Source: Octopus sinensis
Taxonomy: Eukaryota
Length of the DNA stretch: 64,000 nt
Assembly (NCBI RefSeq): GCF_006345805.1
Contig: NC_042999.1
Coordinates: 113,522,001 to 113,586,000, forward strand
Reading direction: 5' to 3'
Position numbers and translations under genes: made by a program. A model generated the notes under the pieces. It saw only the letters and a list, made by a program, of their open reading frames with translations, made no database searches and was not told the DNA's origin. Positions 12,371 through 25,529 of this stretch are shown here, one piece after another (position 1 is the first letter of the stretch; every line of letters begins with the position of its first letter).

Positions 12371-14520
12371 CCCGGCAGGACTAGTCAGGCCATATCCCGT
12401 GGCCCCTACCTGGGACGTAGTCGATCCACCTGTGCATACCTTCCTTCTTGTGACACTTGTGAAGACCTGCTGAGGCAAGTGAAAATCAATCAAAATAGAT
12501 GAACATCAATGGAATTGTATCTTTGTGGTACCAGTGCCTGTGGCACACAAGAAAACCATCCGAACGTGGCCGTAGCCAGTTCCGCATCGACTGGCCTCCG
12601 TGCTGTGGGAACATAGTGGCACATAAAAACACCATCCGAAGACCCGGCAAGACTAGTCAGGTCATAACCCGTGGGCCCTACCTGGGACGTAGTCAGTCCA
12701 CCTGTACATACCTTCCTTCTTGTGAAACTTGTGAAGACCTGTTGAGGCAAGTGAAAATCAAAATCAAAACAAATCAAAATAGATGAACATCAATGGAATT
12801 TGTATCTTTGTGGTACCAGTGCCGGTGGCACACAAGAATCCATCCGAACGTGGCCGTAGTCAGTACCGCTTGTGGTACCAGTGCCGGTGGCACACAAGAA
12901 TCCATCCGAACGTGGCCGTAGTCAGTACCGCATCACTGGCCATCGTGCTGTGGGCACATAACAAACACCATCCGGTCGTGGCCGTTCGCCAGCCTCATCT
13001 AGCACCTGTGTCGGTGGCACATAAAAACACCATCCGAAGATCCGGCAAGACTAGTCAGGCCATAAACCATGGCCCCTACCTGGGACGTAGTCAGTCCACC
13101 TGTGCATACCTTCCTCCTTGTGATACTTGTGAAGGCCTGTTGAGGCAAGTGAAAATCAAAATCAAAATCAAATCAAAACAAATCAAAATAGATGAACATC
13201 AATGGAATTTGTATCTTTGTGGTACCAGTGCCGGTGGCACACAAGAGAAAACCATCCAAAAGTGGCCGTAGCCAGTACCGCATCGACTGGCCTCCGTGCT
13301 GTGGGCACATCCGAAAGTGGCCGTAGCCAGTACCGCATCGACTGGCCTCCGTGCTGTGGGCACATGACAAACACCATCCGATCGTGGCCGTTCGCCAGTT
13401 CATCTAGCACCTGTGTCGGTGGCACATAAAAACACCATCCGAAGACCCGGCAAGACTAGTCAGGCCATAACCCATGGCCCCTACCTGGGACGTAGTCAGT
13501 CCACCTGTGCATACCTTCCTTCTTGTGACACTTGTGAAGACCTGTTGAGGCAAGTGAAAATCAAAATCAAAATCAAAACAAATCAAAATAGATGAACATC
13601 AATGGAATCTGTATCTTTGTGGTACCAGTGCCGGTGGTACACATGAGAACCATCCGAACATGGCCGTAGCCAGTTCCGCATCGACCGGCCTCCGTGCTGT
13701 GGGCACGTAACAAACACCATCCGATCATGGCCGTTCGCCAGCCTCATCTGGCACCTGTGTCGGTGGCACATAAAAAACACCTTCCGAAGACCCGGCAAGA
13801 CTAGTCAGTCCACCTGTGCATACCTTCCTTCTTGTGACACTTGTGAAGACCGGTTGAGGCAAGTGAAAATCAAAATCAAATCAAATCAAAATAGACAAAA
13901 TAGATGAACATCAATGGAATTTGTATCTTGTGGTACCAGTGCCTGTGGCACACAAGAAATCCATCAGTGCTGTAGTCAGTGCGGTGGGCACATGACAAAC
14001 ACCATCCGATCGTGGCCGTTCGCCAGCCTCATCTAGCACCTGTGTCGGTGGCACATAAAAACACCATCCGAAGACCGGCAAGACTAGTCAGGCCATAACC
14101 CATGGCCCCTACCTGGGACGTAGTCAGTCCACCTGTGCATACCTTCCTTCTTGTGACACTTGTGAAGACCTGTTGAGGCAAGTGAAAATCAAATCAAAAC
14201 AAATCAAAATAGATGAACATCAATGGAATTTGTATCTTTGTGGTACCAGTGCCCGTGGCACACAATAAAACCATCCGAACGTGGCCGTAGCCAGTACCGC
14301 ATCGACTGGCCTCCGTGCTGTGGGCACGTAACAAGCACCATCCGATCGTGGCCATTTGCCAGCCTCATCTGGCACCTGTGTCGGTGGCACATAAAAACAC
14401 CATCCGAGCGTGGCCGTCTGCCAGCCTCGTCTGGCACCTGTGTCGGTGGCACATAAAAAACACCATCCGAGCGTGGCCGTTTGCCAGCCTCGTCTGGCAC
14501 CTGTGTCGGTGGCACATAAA
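12371..14520 (+). repeat. Six-unit tandem array of the RTE 3' UTR with nested ~60-bp subrepeats
   Basis: CCGGCARGACTAGTCAG starts at 12371, 12643, 13041, 13446, 13791 and 14075. Confidence 0.92.
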
Positions 14521-14924
14521 ATCACCCACTACACTCTCGGAGTGGTTGGCGTTAGGAAGGGCATCCAGCTGTAGAAACACTGCCAGATCTGACTGGACTG
14601 GTGCAGCTTTCGGGCTCCCCAGACCCCAGTTGAACCGTCCAACCCATGCTAGCATGGAAAGCGGACGTTAAATGATGATGATGATGATGATGATAAACCA
14701 AAAAAAAACCCACTTCGTATATATATCTGTGTGCATTATTTTACACTTTACACATATATCAGCACACATTTTTTGAGTATTTATATTTTTATACTTTAGA
14801 TTTTATAATTTTTGTTTAAATATGTCTATGTATTACCATTATCTCAATATCCCGCTTCTGATTTATGGCATAAAATTACTAGATACTACGTATATCTCTC
14901 CTGATATTCCATATGTAAGTGCCT

Positions 14925-15208
14925 TGTTCCTTCTCGAGCCATGCCTGGCTCATAAGGGCCAGTTTCCTTGGCATATAGGTTCCCCACCTGGACGGGATGC
15001 CGGTCCATAATAGGTGAGATGCCGGAGGAAAGAGTGAAAGAAAGTTGTGGCAAAAGAGTCAACAGAAGTTCACCATTACCTTCTGCCGGAGCTGCGTGGA
15101 GCTTAGGTGTTTGGCTCATAAACATACACATCGCCCGGTCTGAGATTTGAACCCACGATCCCTTGACCGCGAGTCCACTGTTCTAACCACTAGGCCATGT
15201 GCCTCCAC
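14925..15208 (-). mobile_element. tRNA-derived SINE family C with 12-bp TSD
   Basis: A/B-box-like head (TGGCCTAGTGGTTAG...GGGTTCAAATC); TSD ATGTAAGTGCCT at 14913-14924 and 15209-15220. Confidence 0.85.
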
Positions 15209-15326
15209 ATGTAAGTGCCTGGAGCAGTCTTTATAGAAACCACCAAATAATTAATTTTAAGTACCAGAATGGTTATTAAACTGATTCTACATAAACAGAA
15301 ACTGAAAGAAGCTTCTCATATATATA

Positions 15327-16477
15327 CAGGGGTTGGACAAAATAATGGAAACACCTAGCATCATATCATAATTTTGAAATATCTATAAAACCGTCAAAAG
15401 CTTGTTTATTTTTATGTTTTTTTATTTATTATTAGTATTACTTAATATGTTTTGCATACTTGCTGTTTCTTTTCAGATATCATCAGAAAAAGGTAATTAA
15501 AATTCATTAAAAAGACAGACCTATCGGACTTTTAAAGATGTCAAATTGTTGGTGCTCATATGGCAGGTGCTAGTGTAACTAAAACAGCCAAAATGTTTGG
15601 TGTATCAAACTCCAGAAGAAAACCAAAACTTTCAGATAGGGGCCATCAGACTCTTACGCGAATTGTTAGAAAGGATCACAAAAGTACAGCTCCCAAAATT
15701 ACTGCAGAGCTTAATGACCACCTCGAGAAACCAATTTCCACAAAAACTGTTCGCCAAGAGCTGCACAAAGCCAGATTTCAAGGGAGGGCTGCAATCAGAA
15801 GACCACTACTTTCAAAAACAAACATTGCAAAGCATTTAGAGTGGAGTAAAAACCTACAGAATTGGTCCCTAGAGCAGTCAAAAAATGTTATTTTCTTAGA
15901 TGAATCATCCTTTACCTTATATTTGACCCAGACTGCCTTCTTCGAACTGTTAAACATGGAGGAGGATCTGTGATGATCTGGGGGTGCTATATCTTGGAAA
16001 TGCACCAACCCACTGGTTTCCCTTCATGGCAGAATTAATAGTCAAGACTATTTAAGCATTTTATCTGATAAATTCATCCTGTGGTTGTAGAACTGTTTCC
16101 AGGGGTGGGGGGGACAATCTTTCAGGATGACAATGCACCAATTCACACAGCTAAAGTTGTTACTGAACGGCACGAGGAACATTCTAGTGAAGTTGAACAT
16201 ATTATCTGACCAGTCCCCAGATCTCAATATTATTGAACATTTATGGTGCATTTTAGAAAAACAAGGAGTTGATATCCTCCACCATCTTCACTACAAGAAC
16301 TGGAGACTGTTTTAGCTGAAGAATGGACAAAAATTCCATTGGAAACAATTTGAACTTTGTACAAGTCCATTCATCAGAGAATTCAAGGTGTAATTACAGC
16401 CAAAGGCGGTCCTACCCCATATTAAAATAAATTTGCTTGGAATGTTAAGGTGTTTCCATTATTTTGTCCAACCCCTG
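15327..16477 (+). mobile_element. Tc1 (DD34E) transposon, internally deleted, non-autonomous
   Basis: Perfect 30-bp TIR CAGGGGTTGGACAAAATAATGGAAACACCT; TA TSD; remnants VIFLDES, KHGGGSVMIWG, FQDDNAPIH, SPDLNIIEHLW. Confidence 0.93.
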
Positions 16478-16559
16478 TATGTATGTATGTATGTATGTAT
16501 GTATGTATGTATGTATATACATATATATATATATGTGTGTGTGTGTGTATGTATATATT

Positions 16560-16740
16560 TGTATGTATCTTGTGTTTGTCCCTTCACCATTATTTGACAA
16601 CTGATGTTCGTGTATTTACATCACTGTAACTTAATGGTTCGGCAAAAGAACCAATAGAATAAGTACTAGGCTTACAAAGAAGTCTTTGGGTTGTGCTCCA
16701 TCATGGCTACAGTCAAATGACTAAAAGAAGTAAAAGAATA
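16560..16740 (+). mobile_element. SINE family A, 3' part
   Basis: aataagtactaggcttacaaag...catggctacagtcaaatgactaaaagaagtaaaag. Confidence 0.65.
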
Positions 16741-17451
16741 TACGTGTGTGTGTGTGTGTGTGTGTATAACAGTTGTAAATATTAACATTACTGCCATACA
16801 AATGATGCTTTTCATTTCCAATCTTCCATGCAAATGTCTGGTCATGAGAATATATTTCCTTACTTGGAAACAGATAACAGGTTGCTAACAAGAACGTCCA
16901 ACTATAAAAAATCTGCCTCACAGAATTCTCTCTGACCCATGCAAGCATAGAAAAGTGGACATTAAAACAACGTTAATAATGATTAATTACATAAACCTAA
17001 GTATAATTTCACATTAGGAGCATTAGTCTACACATACATATCTAAAGAGAAGGAAAAACTTAAGAAAATATGGATAATAAACCACTGCATAAAATCAGCT
17101 TCTGAATCTGCTACTTTTTGTGTGCAAAATGTGAAGGAGACGTTCATAAAAGGGCCATTTGTCCAAAGGGACCACTGAGCTTTTGAAAGGTTGAGAACCA
17201 CTTATTTATATGTGTGTGTTCATTGATTTGTTCATTTTTACGAGGGAAGATTTTTTTTTGGAGCATTTGCATGTCTAACTTAAAAGTCCAGCTGTTCCAG
17301 AAGATATAGTTTTGAGAGAGAACTGAACTCACATTCTGCTGCTGGGCATATCTATGTTCTCCACACCTCTACTTTCAAATTAGCATCCTTCAAGATCTTT
17401 TCTACTTGTCTGTCATGTTTTTGTCTGAAGCAGCTGTAACTCTCATTACTC

Positions 17452-17760
17452 ATTTACTTGTTTCAGTCATTTGACTGTGGCTATGCTGGAGCACAGCCTT
17501 TAGTCGAGCAAATCGACCCCAGGACTTATTATTTGTAAGTCTAGTACTTATTCTATCGGCCTTTTTTGCTGAACCACTACGTTACAGGGACGTAAATGCA
17601 CCAGCATCGGTTGTCAAGCGATGTTAGGGGGGATAAACACAACACACAAACATACACATATATACGACGGGCTTCTTTCAGTTTCTGTCTACCAAATCCA
17701 CTCACAAGGCTTTGGTCGGCCCGAAGCTATAGTAGAAGACACTTGCCCAAGGTGCCACGC
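17452..17760 (-). mobile_element. SINE family A copy, young, 5'-truncated
   Basis: tttacttgtttcagtcatttgactg tail; body matches the other family A copies. Confidence 0.85.
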
Positions 17761-18059
17761 AACATTTATTATAAGACATTTTCTTTCTTTTTTTAATGTC
17801 TGGTATAATGATATCTGGTCTATGATGTCCAGTTGTTTTGTGTGTCTGAATATCAAAATTGTAGTGAATTTTTAGTTTACCAGGTTCATTTAGAGCCATT
17901 TCTAGAACATGATTGTATCACTTGACTGAAATATTGCATCTATATCTTACAAAGTGACCTATGTAAATTGAGACTTTCTAATGTAACATTTTGCAGCCTG
18001 CTACATGACCGGTATTTTTCACTCATTGATTACATAGTTAATACTTCTTCATTAAAGCA

Positions 18060-19190
18060 GTGAAAGTTCAAATCCTACTGAGGTCAACTTTGCCTTTTAT
18101 GCTTTTTTAGGATTAATAAAAATATAATACCAGTCAAGTACCGGTGTTGACTAATTTTCCCCTCCTCACCCCAAATCATAGGCCTTGTACCTCCAGCTTT
18201 ACATTCTAAATTCAAATTCCACCAAGGTCAACTTCGCTTTTCTTTCTTTCACAGATCAATGAAATGCAATAATAATAATTATTATTATTAGTAGTATTAA
18301 GGCAGCAAGCTGGCTGAATCGTTAGCACACTGGGTGATGTTCTTAGTGACATTTCATCTGTCCTTACGTTCTGTGTTCAAATACTGCCACAGTAGACTTT
18401 TGGGGTCAATCTAATTGACTGGTCCCCTCCCCCAAAATTTCCTTTTGGGGTCAATCTAATTGACTGGTCCCCTCCCCCAAAATTTCAGGCCTTGTTCTTA
18501 TAGTAGAAAGGATTATTATTTTGAAAGGTGGTGAGGTGGTAGAATTGTTAGCGCACCAGGCAAAATGCTTAGAGGCATTCGTTCATCTTTAATATTCTGT
18601 GTTTGAATTCCGTCGACTTTGTCTTTCACCCTTTCAGGGTCAATAAAATAAATACCAGTTGGACACTGGGATCGATGTAATCGACTACCATCCCCACCAC
18701 CCCAAAAAATGCTGGCCTTGTGCCAAAATTTGCAACCATTATTCTTATAACAATGGTGGAGTATTGGCAGAATTGCTAATGTGTCAGACAATATGTATTT
18801 GTGGTATTTGTTTTGGCTGTTTAGATTCTGAGTTAAAATCCCATGAAGATCAACTTTGCTTTTCATCTCTTTGGGGTCAATGAAATAAAATACCAGCCAA
18901 ATACTGGAGTGAGTGGTATTAACTAGCCTCCAGCCTCCTCTCCCAAATTCCTGACCTTGTACTTATGTGATTATTATCACATTGGCAGTCATTTGGCATA
19001 CTCGATAAGTATTGGCCAAAAAGCCTTGTGGTATTTTACTACATATCTTTGTTTTGAGTTCAAATCCTGCCATGGTTGACTTTTACCTTCTCTCCTTTTA
19101 GGCTCAGGAAGTGTCGGTCAAGTAAATGGCTAAATTTAGTCAACTACACTCCCTTCCTCCAAATGTGTGGCTTTGTGCCCATGCTAGAAA
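18060..19190 (+). mobile_element. Head-to-tail cluster of 5-6 SINE family B copies (Meta-domain-like body)
   Basis: Repeated aaggcrgcaagctggc...gttcaaat...ggtcractttgcctttcatc units; contains a perfect 45-bp tandem duplication at 18397-18486. Confidence 0.75.
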
Positions 19191-19646
19191 TCCTTATAAG
19201 CATCTGAATATTACAGATCTCTTTGTTTCCTTTTCTTAAAACAGTGTTCCTTTTTCTCAAAATAAGAAATAATTTCTAAAAGAAAATTTAAAAGGAAAAT
19301 GCATCATAGCATACATAAAAAAAACCCACTTATCTCTCTCTGATTCCTATTATATATGAGTATATTTATGTAGTTGTTGATTTATTTGTTTTTAAGGTAA
19401 CTGTCTTGTCAATAACCCTGATCCAGAAAACTTATGATTAAAGGAATTTTAGCTGTAATCTTCTCATATTTTTGTACAACTACATTGTTCAGTGTGTCTT
19501 ATGAATATGTGTGTGCATCATGAGAGAGAGAGAGATAATTTTTTTCTAAAAATTCAAAAGCTGGTTGTTTTTCTGCAAAGTAAATTTAAACTTTAAACTG
19601 TGACTGTTGAAAATTTGACAAAACTACTTTATTTTCTTGTGCGTAG

Positions 19647-19750
19647 GTATGATGAACCACCAGCAAGCTACAGCTGCTCATATACAATTCCAACAGCGAC
19701 ATATGCCAGCTCGCACACCTGTTAACCAACCAAAGCCTGTTCCTTTGCAG
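19647..19750 (+). CDS. MED15: MED15 exon (Q-rich: GMMNHQQATAAHIQFQQ...PVPLQ)
   Basis: ttttcttgtgcgtag acceptor, gtgtgt donor; phase 1 to 0, in frame with the next exon. Confidence 0.72.
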
Positions 19751-22700
19751 GTGTGTATTCTAACTTTTGTCTTTGGACTATGTTTGCTTTGTAAGAAAGT
19801 TAACAGTTGTGTACTTTGATGGCCATTTCTTATTGATCTTCCATGTTACAGATGATTACTGAAATAACTAATCTTAAATCCAATAGCTGTATTGCTTTGC
19901 TTTACTTTGAGCTTGCTTCTATTTCTATTTTTAAGTCTTTTTAGCTTTGTATTAAATGTCCATTCTAATATATCATGTATGTCATAATGATAAACAGATT
20001 TTATTGTCATTGATTCTTATGGAGAACATTAAATGATGATGATGATGACTTTCTTTTTGTACACTGTTTTGAGTTTTGTATGATACTAGTTGTAATGATG
20101 GTACACTTGTTTAGAAAGCAATCTATTACACCATGGATTGCTCTTTAAATAATTGATGTGGTGGCTAATAATTATCGTTCAGTTATTTAACTATCAATAG
20201 CTTGACATTTGTTTAGTTTTTATAAGTTGTTAATTCTTAATGATTACAAATATAAAGTAACAAAATCTCCAGATAGATATTTTATTGATAGTTTGATAGT
20301 TTAAAAAGTTACAAAATATAAGTATATTTTTCTATATTATTGATAGTTTTCCTCACTCCTTTGAAATTTATCCAAATTTTAGTAATGTTATGCTATTTCC
20401 CATAATGTAACTCATAACAAATTAGACTAAATTTGTTAAATATTTCATGCATTAATAAAGAAAAAAATATATAATTAGATGTTAATTAAAATATATTTCT
20501 TAAGATTTTCATTGCTTTAAAATGGATAGGATTGTTTCATTTGTTGGTTTAATCAACATTGGCTGGCTTGAAGAATGTATTTTATTGTCCCTCTCAGATG
20601 TTAATATTACTGTTCTCATCAATCAATTTATCTTTCACAGAGGCATGATGCTTTCATGGTTTCCCAAGCACCACCCCAAGCACAACAACAAACGCAACCA
20701 CCACCAACTTCTCAACCACCAGTTCCACCACCACAAACTTCAACACAGCAACAACCCCAACAACAACAGTCAGCACCCCAGCAACAAATGGTTGGTCAAC
20801 AAATGGCAGTGTCAGGCCCTAATGTAATTCAATGTTATTTACTCTAATACACATTTTGTAACTCACAATTATTTTAATTATATTATCTTGTTGATATGCT
20901 AAACATATTTGTAATAGCCTTCACAGCTTATTCCATATTCATCAGCTGTATATTACTTCACTGTCAAAGTCATAGTTTTCACTAAAAAAATATTTCCCTT
21001 ATAACTACAAGTACAGTAATACAAGGACCTGCTTTACGAGACCCTGGGTTTACGAGTTTTATTTTTCAAGCACAAGATCCAAATTCTGAAGTGCAAAAGT
21101 TTCTACTACCATAACAAATGCTTCTATGTGTTACTGAGAAATTTATAGAGAGCAAAAGAAACCTTCTAAACAAACAACTCTAGACTTGATTTTTTTTAAA
21201 AAGAAATCTACAAGTCTGTCTACAAGTGCTTGTGAATCAGCAATTGTGTCTATTAATGCTAGTGTGTGCAAGTCTAGTGTCAGTGAAAGGGATTCAGTAA
21301 ACCAATTATAATATATTTTTATTATAAATGATCTTGACATTTTTTTCTCTACATAAAATATTCTTTACTTTCTGCTGTTATTTTATTGTCATTTATCTAT
21401 GAATATTATAAATTTTATAGGTAAAATATTCTTCTGAGAACGTATTATGATTTATAACATATGGGAAATTATTGCTCTGCTTTATGAATTTTTGCTTTAC
21501 AAACAGTCTCTGGGAACAAATTAACTCATATATTGAAGCATCACTGTATTGTTTTACAAATATCTGACATCTTTCTATATTAGTTTTCCTAAGATTTGTT
21601 GCCCTGGAGTAGGCCTTTGATAAAGTGGTCATGAAGAAAACTAGTTGTAGGTGAATTATTCAAGAGAGCTATACAAGCTGTGTATAAAGGTGCCTTTAGC
21701 TAGATGAGTTAGCAATGATCATCCAGTATTCAAACGTGTTGTTATGGCACAGATCTGAACCCCATCCTATGTATTATAAGTACTTCAGGCCACAACAAAA
21801 GAATTTAAAACTAGTTGATTGTATGTTAATGAGCTAGTTCTTATAGTTGAATTATCAAAGAATTTGAGAAGTAATTTAAAACGTTGAAGCAAAACTTAAC
21901 AAAGACAAAAGTAAACCTAGAACCTCAAGATAAACTTTGCAAAGTCACAATTTAAATTGTAGAAAGCAGCAGTTAGGAACTCTGTACTGTGTACCAAAGG
22001 TAAAGTGTGATTGCACATGAAATGCCGTGAGATCATAAGCAGGTTGACAGAGAAGAAATATTAGTAGTAGTTAGTAGTAAAATAAATTCTTTCAAATTCT
22101 TGGAAAGCTCCCTAAAAGCAGTTGATAGCTTCTTTTACCTATACAACTTAATTAGCTATGGAGACAGATGTTTCAAAAGCATGATAGCTATAGTAAGAAT
22201 GAGGTGGGAAATGTTAAGGAAGCTATTTCTTCTGCTAGAAACAAGGAGATTCTTTCTCCAAGTGAAGAACAAATCCCATCCATACCATGGAAGTGTGACA
22301 AAGTGGACATAAAAGATAATGATGATGCGGAAGAAGGAATGAATCATCTTTCTGTTTCAACTTCAGAGTATCTTCAAACAGTTGCAGTTTGCAAGGTACA
22401 CCAAACCTTGCTTAACACGACTGAAATGGTCTTAGCTAATGATCTGCTAGTATGACAACTGTCACCCCTTCTTCAACATATCCATTATATCTATTTCTTC
22501 CACTTATCCTGTCACATTTTTCTAAACCCTGCACTGAATAAATAACCAATTGTCTTTCTTTTAAACTATATCTTCCCATAAAATATTTCAAATGTACTTT
22601 GTTATCTCTCCACTGACTTATCACAGCAAAATAGATTTTACAAAATGTTTTTCAACAAATCTTTAAGAGTCAATATGTAGTTTAAAAATATATGTAATTA

Positions 22701-25490
22701 TTATTTTTATTTTTCTTCCTTCTTTAGCAACTACCATTCCAAGGGGGCAACCCTCCTTCTGTACCAAGATCAATGGTTCAAAGTCCATACATGAGTCCAC
22801 AGCAATATGGCCAAGTAAGTTAGCAGAATACTTCTTCTGCAATGATTGTATCTTTATTTCATCTTAAGATGATATTAGTATGTGCCAACCATTCACATTA
22901 CATGTACTTACAGATATATCTTTGCTACTTTTGTTGAAGGTGTTTCACTTCCTTCCAAACCCACCTGTTGTACCTACCTCTCTACTTTGCACTAATAAGG
23001 ACATTTCTATTTAGTCACTTGCTATCCAGAAACAGCAGTAAAATCTCCCTCAAATAGCATTGCACTTTTCTTAAATAAAGGATATACTGGTTCCTGATAC
23101 TCACTTTGGAGTGACTTTTGTCATAACTTTGTTCAGTCCAAGCTGGACTGGGTATAAACACCATCTCTTCCTTACTAGTCACACTGTCTTTCCTTAAACC
23201 TTGCACTAACATTACAATCAGTCTGTCATTTCAAAGTTTTCTGCTATGTGGAATTGCCTCCTATGTTTGTTCCTTTACCCACATTACCCACACCAATCAG
23301 ATTTATTCTTTCTCATGATTCATGATGTTTGCTATGAACAATATAGACTAGAGAAATCAGCTCGTTTGTTTTAAACTACTCAGAACTAACAGAAATATAT
23401 TTTGTATATTGTCTTTTGCAGAGTCCTAGTCAAGTACAGCCAGCTAGCAATGTCTCACAGTTAAATACTGCCCATTCACCTGCTACTCAAAGGTTTGACT
23501 TGAAAGCATTTTTCTTTTAATATCTTGATGTAAATTAGTTTTTTGTTTCCCTTCCTGAAAAGAAGCATGCTACTATGCTTGCTTCATATCTACTTCAATT
23601 AAGTGGTAGCTAGTTGATTTCAAGTAAGGGTATGTACCTTTAAAAAGAAAATTGCTCTATTAGTTTACAATTTTTTGAATTTACAAAAGTCTTCTGTCAT
23701 TACTGTTAAAGAAAATGGATGTAAAACTCCCAAATCATGAATACAGTATTAACAACTATTATTCCTTGTAAATTTTACTTGTTTAAGTCCCTTCAAAAAC
23801 CTTGACTAAGTTCTATAATGCCACTAAAACTAAGTCTGATTATAATGAATATTTTAGAGTGTAATCAGTTTTGTTAGGGAGACTTGGCTAACTGTTGCAG
23901 AAAATGTTAATTGTCGTCATTGGTAACAGTTTTGTTGTTCAAAAATCATTTCTCTTCAATGAATATTTTATACTTTGATAATTAATGTGACTAGGTTGGT
24001 GTTTCTGTCTAGTAGATGACCCCATTTTTATTTTATTTTACCCCTATATATTACATTAGCCTGCAAAATCTGAAACTACTTTACCTGTTCTGTTAGTCTG
24101 CTTGAGTTTACTATGTAAACATCAACAGAAGGGAAAAAACCCACCTGTCTGAGGGAAGGAAGGAAGGTTGGATGCTTTCTGATATCAGTGCATGAAAGTA
24201 TAAGGATTATGTTCTTTACATAAGAGTATCATTCCTTGTTCTCTAATGGTGCGCAGGAAACTTTTATTTCCAGAGAATCAGCAGAACCATGAATCATCTT
24301 AGTAGCTTTCATAACAGGCAAGTTGTAGTGAACTGGAAGCTGGAAGCTATTAAAAAGTAATGCACAGGACAGGACATGAGATCTGCAGGGATTTAAAAGA
24401 CAAAGAGGATAATAAATGGTTTAACTTTACTTACAGCAAGTTATGGGTGGAATTAAAATATCTATAGATAAAAAAAAGGATAAAAACAAGTGAATCTAAA
24501 GATTTGGATTTTGGTGATAAAGCACTGCTTATTAGTAAATAAAATTCCTCTGTAATCTGAAGTGAAAGTATTTCTTTGTTTCCAACTCTCTTAATCACTA
24601 TTTTTGTTTTTTGTATATTTCTAGTTCTCATATGGTCCATTCACCTGCTAACTTGGCTGCACCGTCACCAAATACTCATATTGTCCCATCTCCAGTATCT
24701 CGTAATGCTGCCATGGGTGCCCCGTCACCGGGAAGTGCTTTGAACACACCTGGTGAGGATTTATTTTCATTTATATATTTATTGTTGTTTTTGAATGCTT
24801 TACTTTTAATTACAATCTGTGACATCCAAAACTGTCTTTGATTGATTATAGGTAATCCTGGTTCTGTGGGAACTACTGCTAGTCCATCTGAAGACCAGGC
24901 TTATTTGGAGAAATTAAAGCAGTTATCCAAATATATTGATCCACTGCGAAGAATGATTCGTAAAACAGAAACTGAAGAAGGTAAATTTTGTATCACAAGT
25001 TTTTTTTTTCTGTTTTCCAAACAATCTTTACCCATTTTCCTCTAAATCTTAATCTGTTTTCCCCTAGATCTTAATCCACTTTCTTCTAATCTTTATCTAT
25101 TTTCCTATATTTAACTACTTTCATATAAATATTTTCAATATAACCTACTCTAAATAATATATCTTATAAATCTACTTTTTACACTGTAGGTATAAAAGTA
25201 ATGCTTGTGATATGTTTCAATACTATATTGGGTCATGTTGCTTAACTTGTTCCTTGCATCTTTCTTTCTGTTTGAGACAGTTGACATCACTTACAATTTG
25301 TCACACTCTACACAATGTGTACTCACTTGAAACTGTGGCTCTGGTCTCTGGCCATGTGACAGTCATTTGTATTCTGCCTTTCTTTTTAAACCTAACTTTT
25401 TAGTTTGTAATTTCAGTATTAAAGATAGTCTCCAATCTGCAGTGGAGACTAGTGAGAGAGGACTGAAGTAGTTAGTGTGTGTGTGTGTGC

Positions 25491-25529
<39 letters not shown>

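Larger units (their letters stand above)
8057..14694 (+). mobile_element. Near full-length RTE-clade LINE with duplicated 5' block, EN-RT ORF, 3' UTR array and (ATG)n tail
   Basis: Single EN-RT ORF; (ATG)n tail at 14672-14694; no TSD found; the 5' boundary is inferred. Confidence 0.88.

Noticed and set aside
12467-12490. Hammerhead-like core CTG(C/T)TGA-GGCAAGT-GAAA in each array unit
   Set aside because: A6 is not conserved, stem II is not credible, and I found no stem I/III partner or NUH site by eye; a covariance-model search would settle it
12371-14520. CRISPR-like array reading of the repeats
   Set aside because: Eukaryotic context, no unique spacers, no cas genes; the units derive from the LINE 3' UTR
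14925-15208. tRNA gene (also at 45376 and 45634)
   Set aside because: A/B-box heads run into SINE bodies with a TSD or tail; no complete cloverleaf
20522-20827. H/N-rich 101-aa ORF
   Set aside because: Alternative frame of the Q/P-rich MED15 exon
21100-24600. Possible old LINE fragments in MED15 introns (about 21.1-22.4 kb and 24.2-24.6 kb)
   Set aside because: Only faint linker-like similarity; too degraded to call without a search
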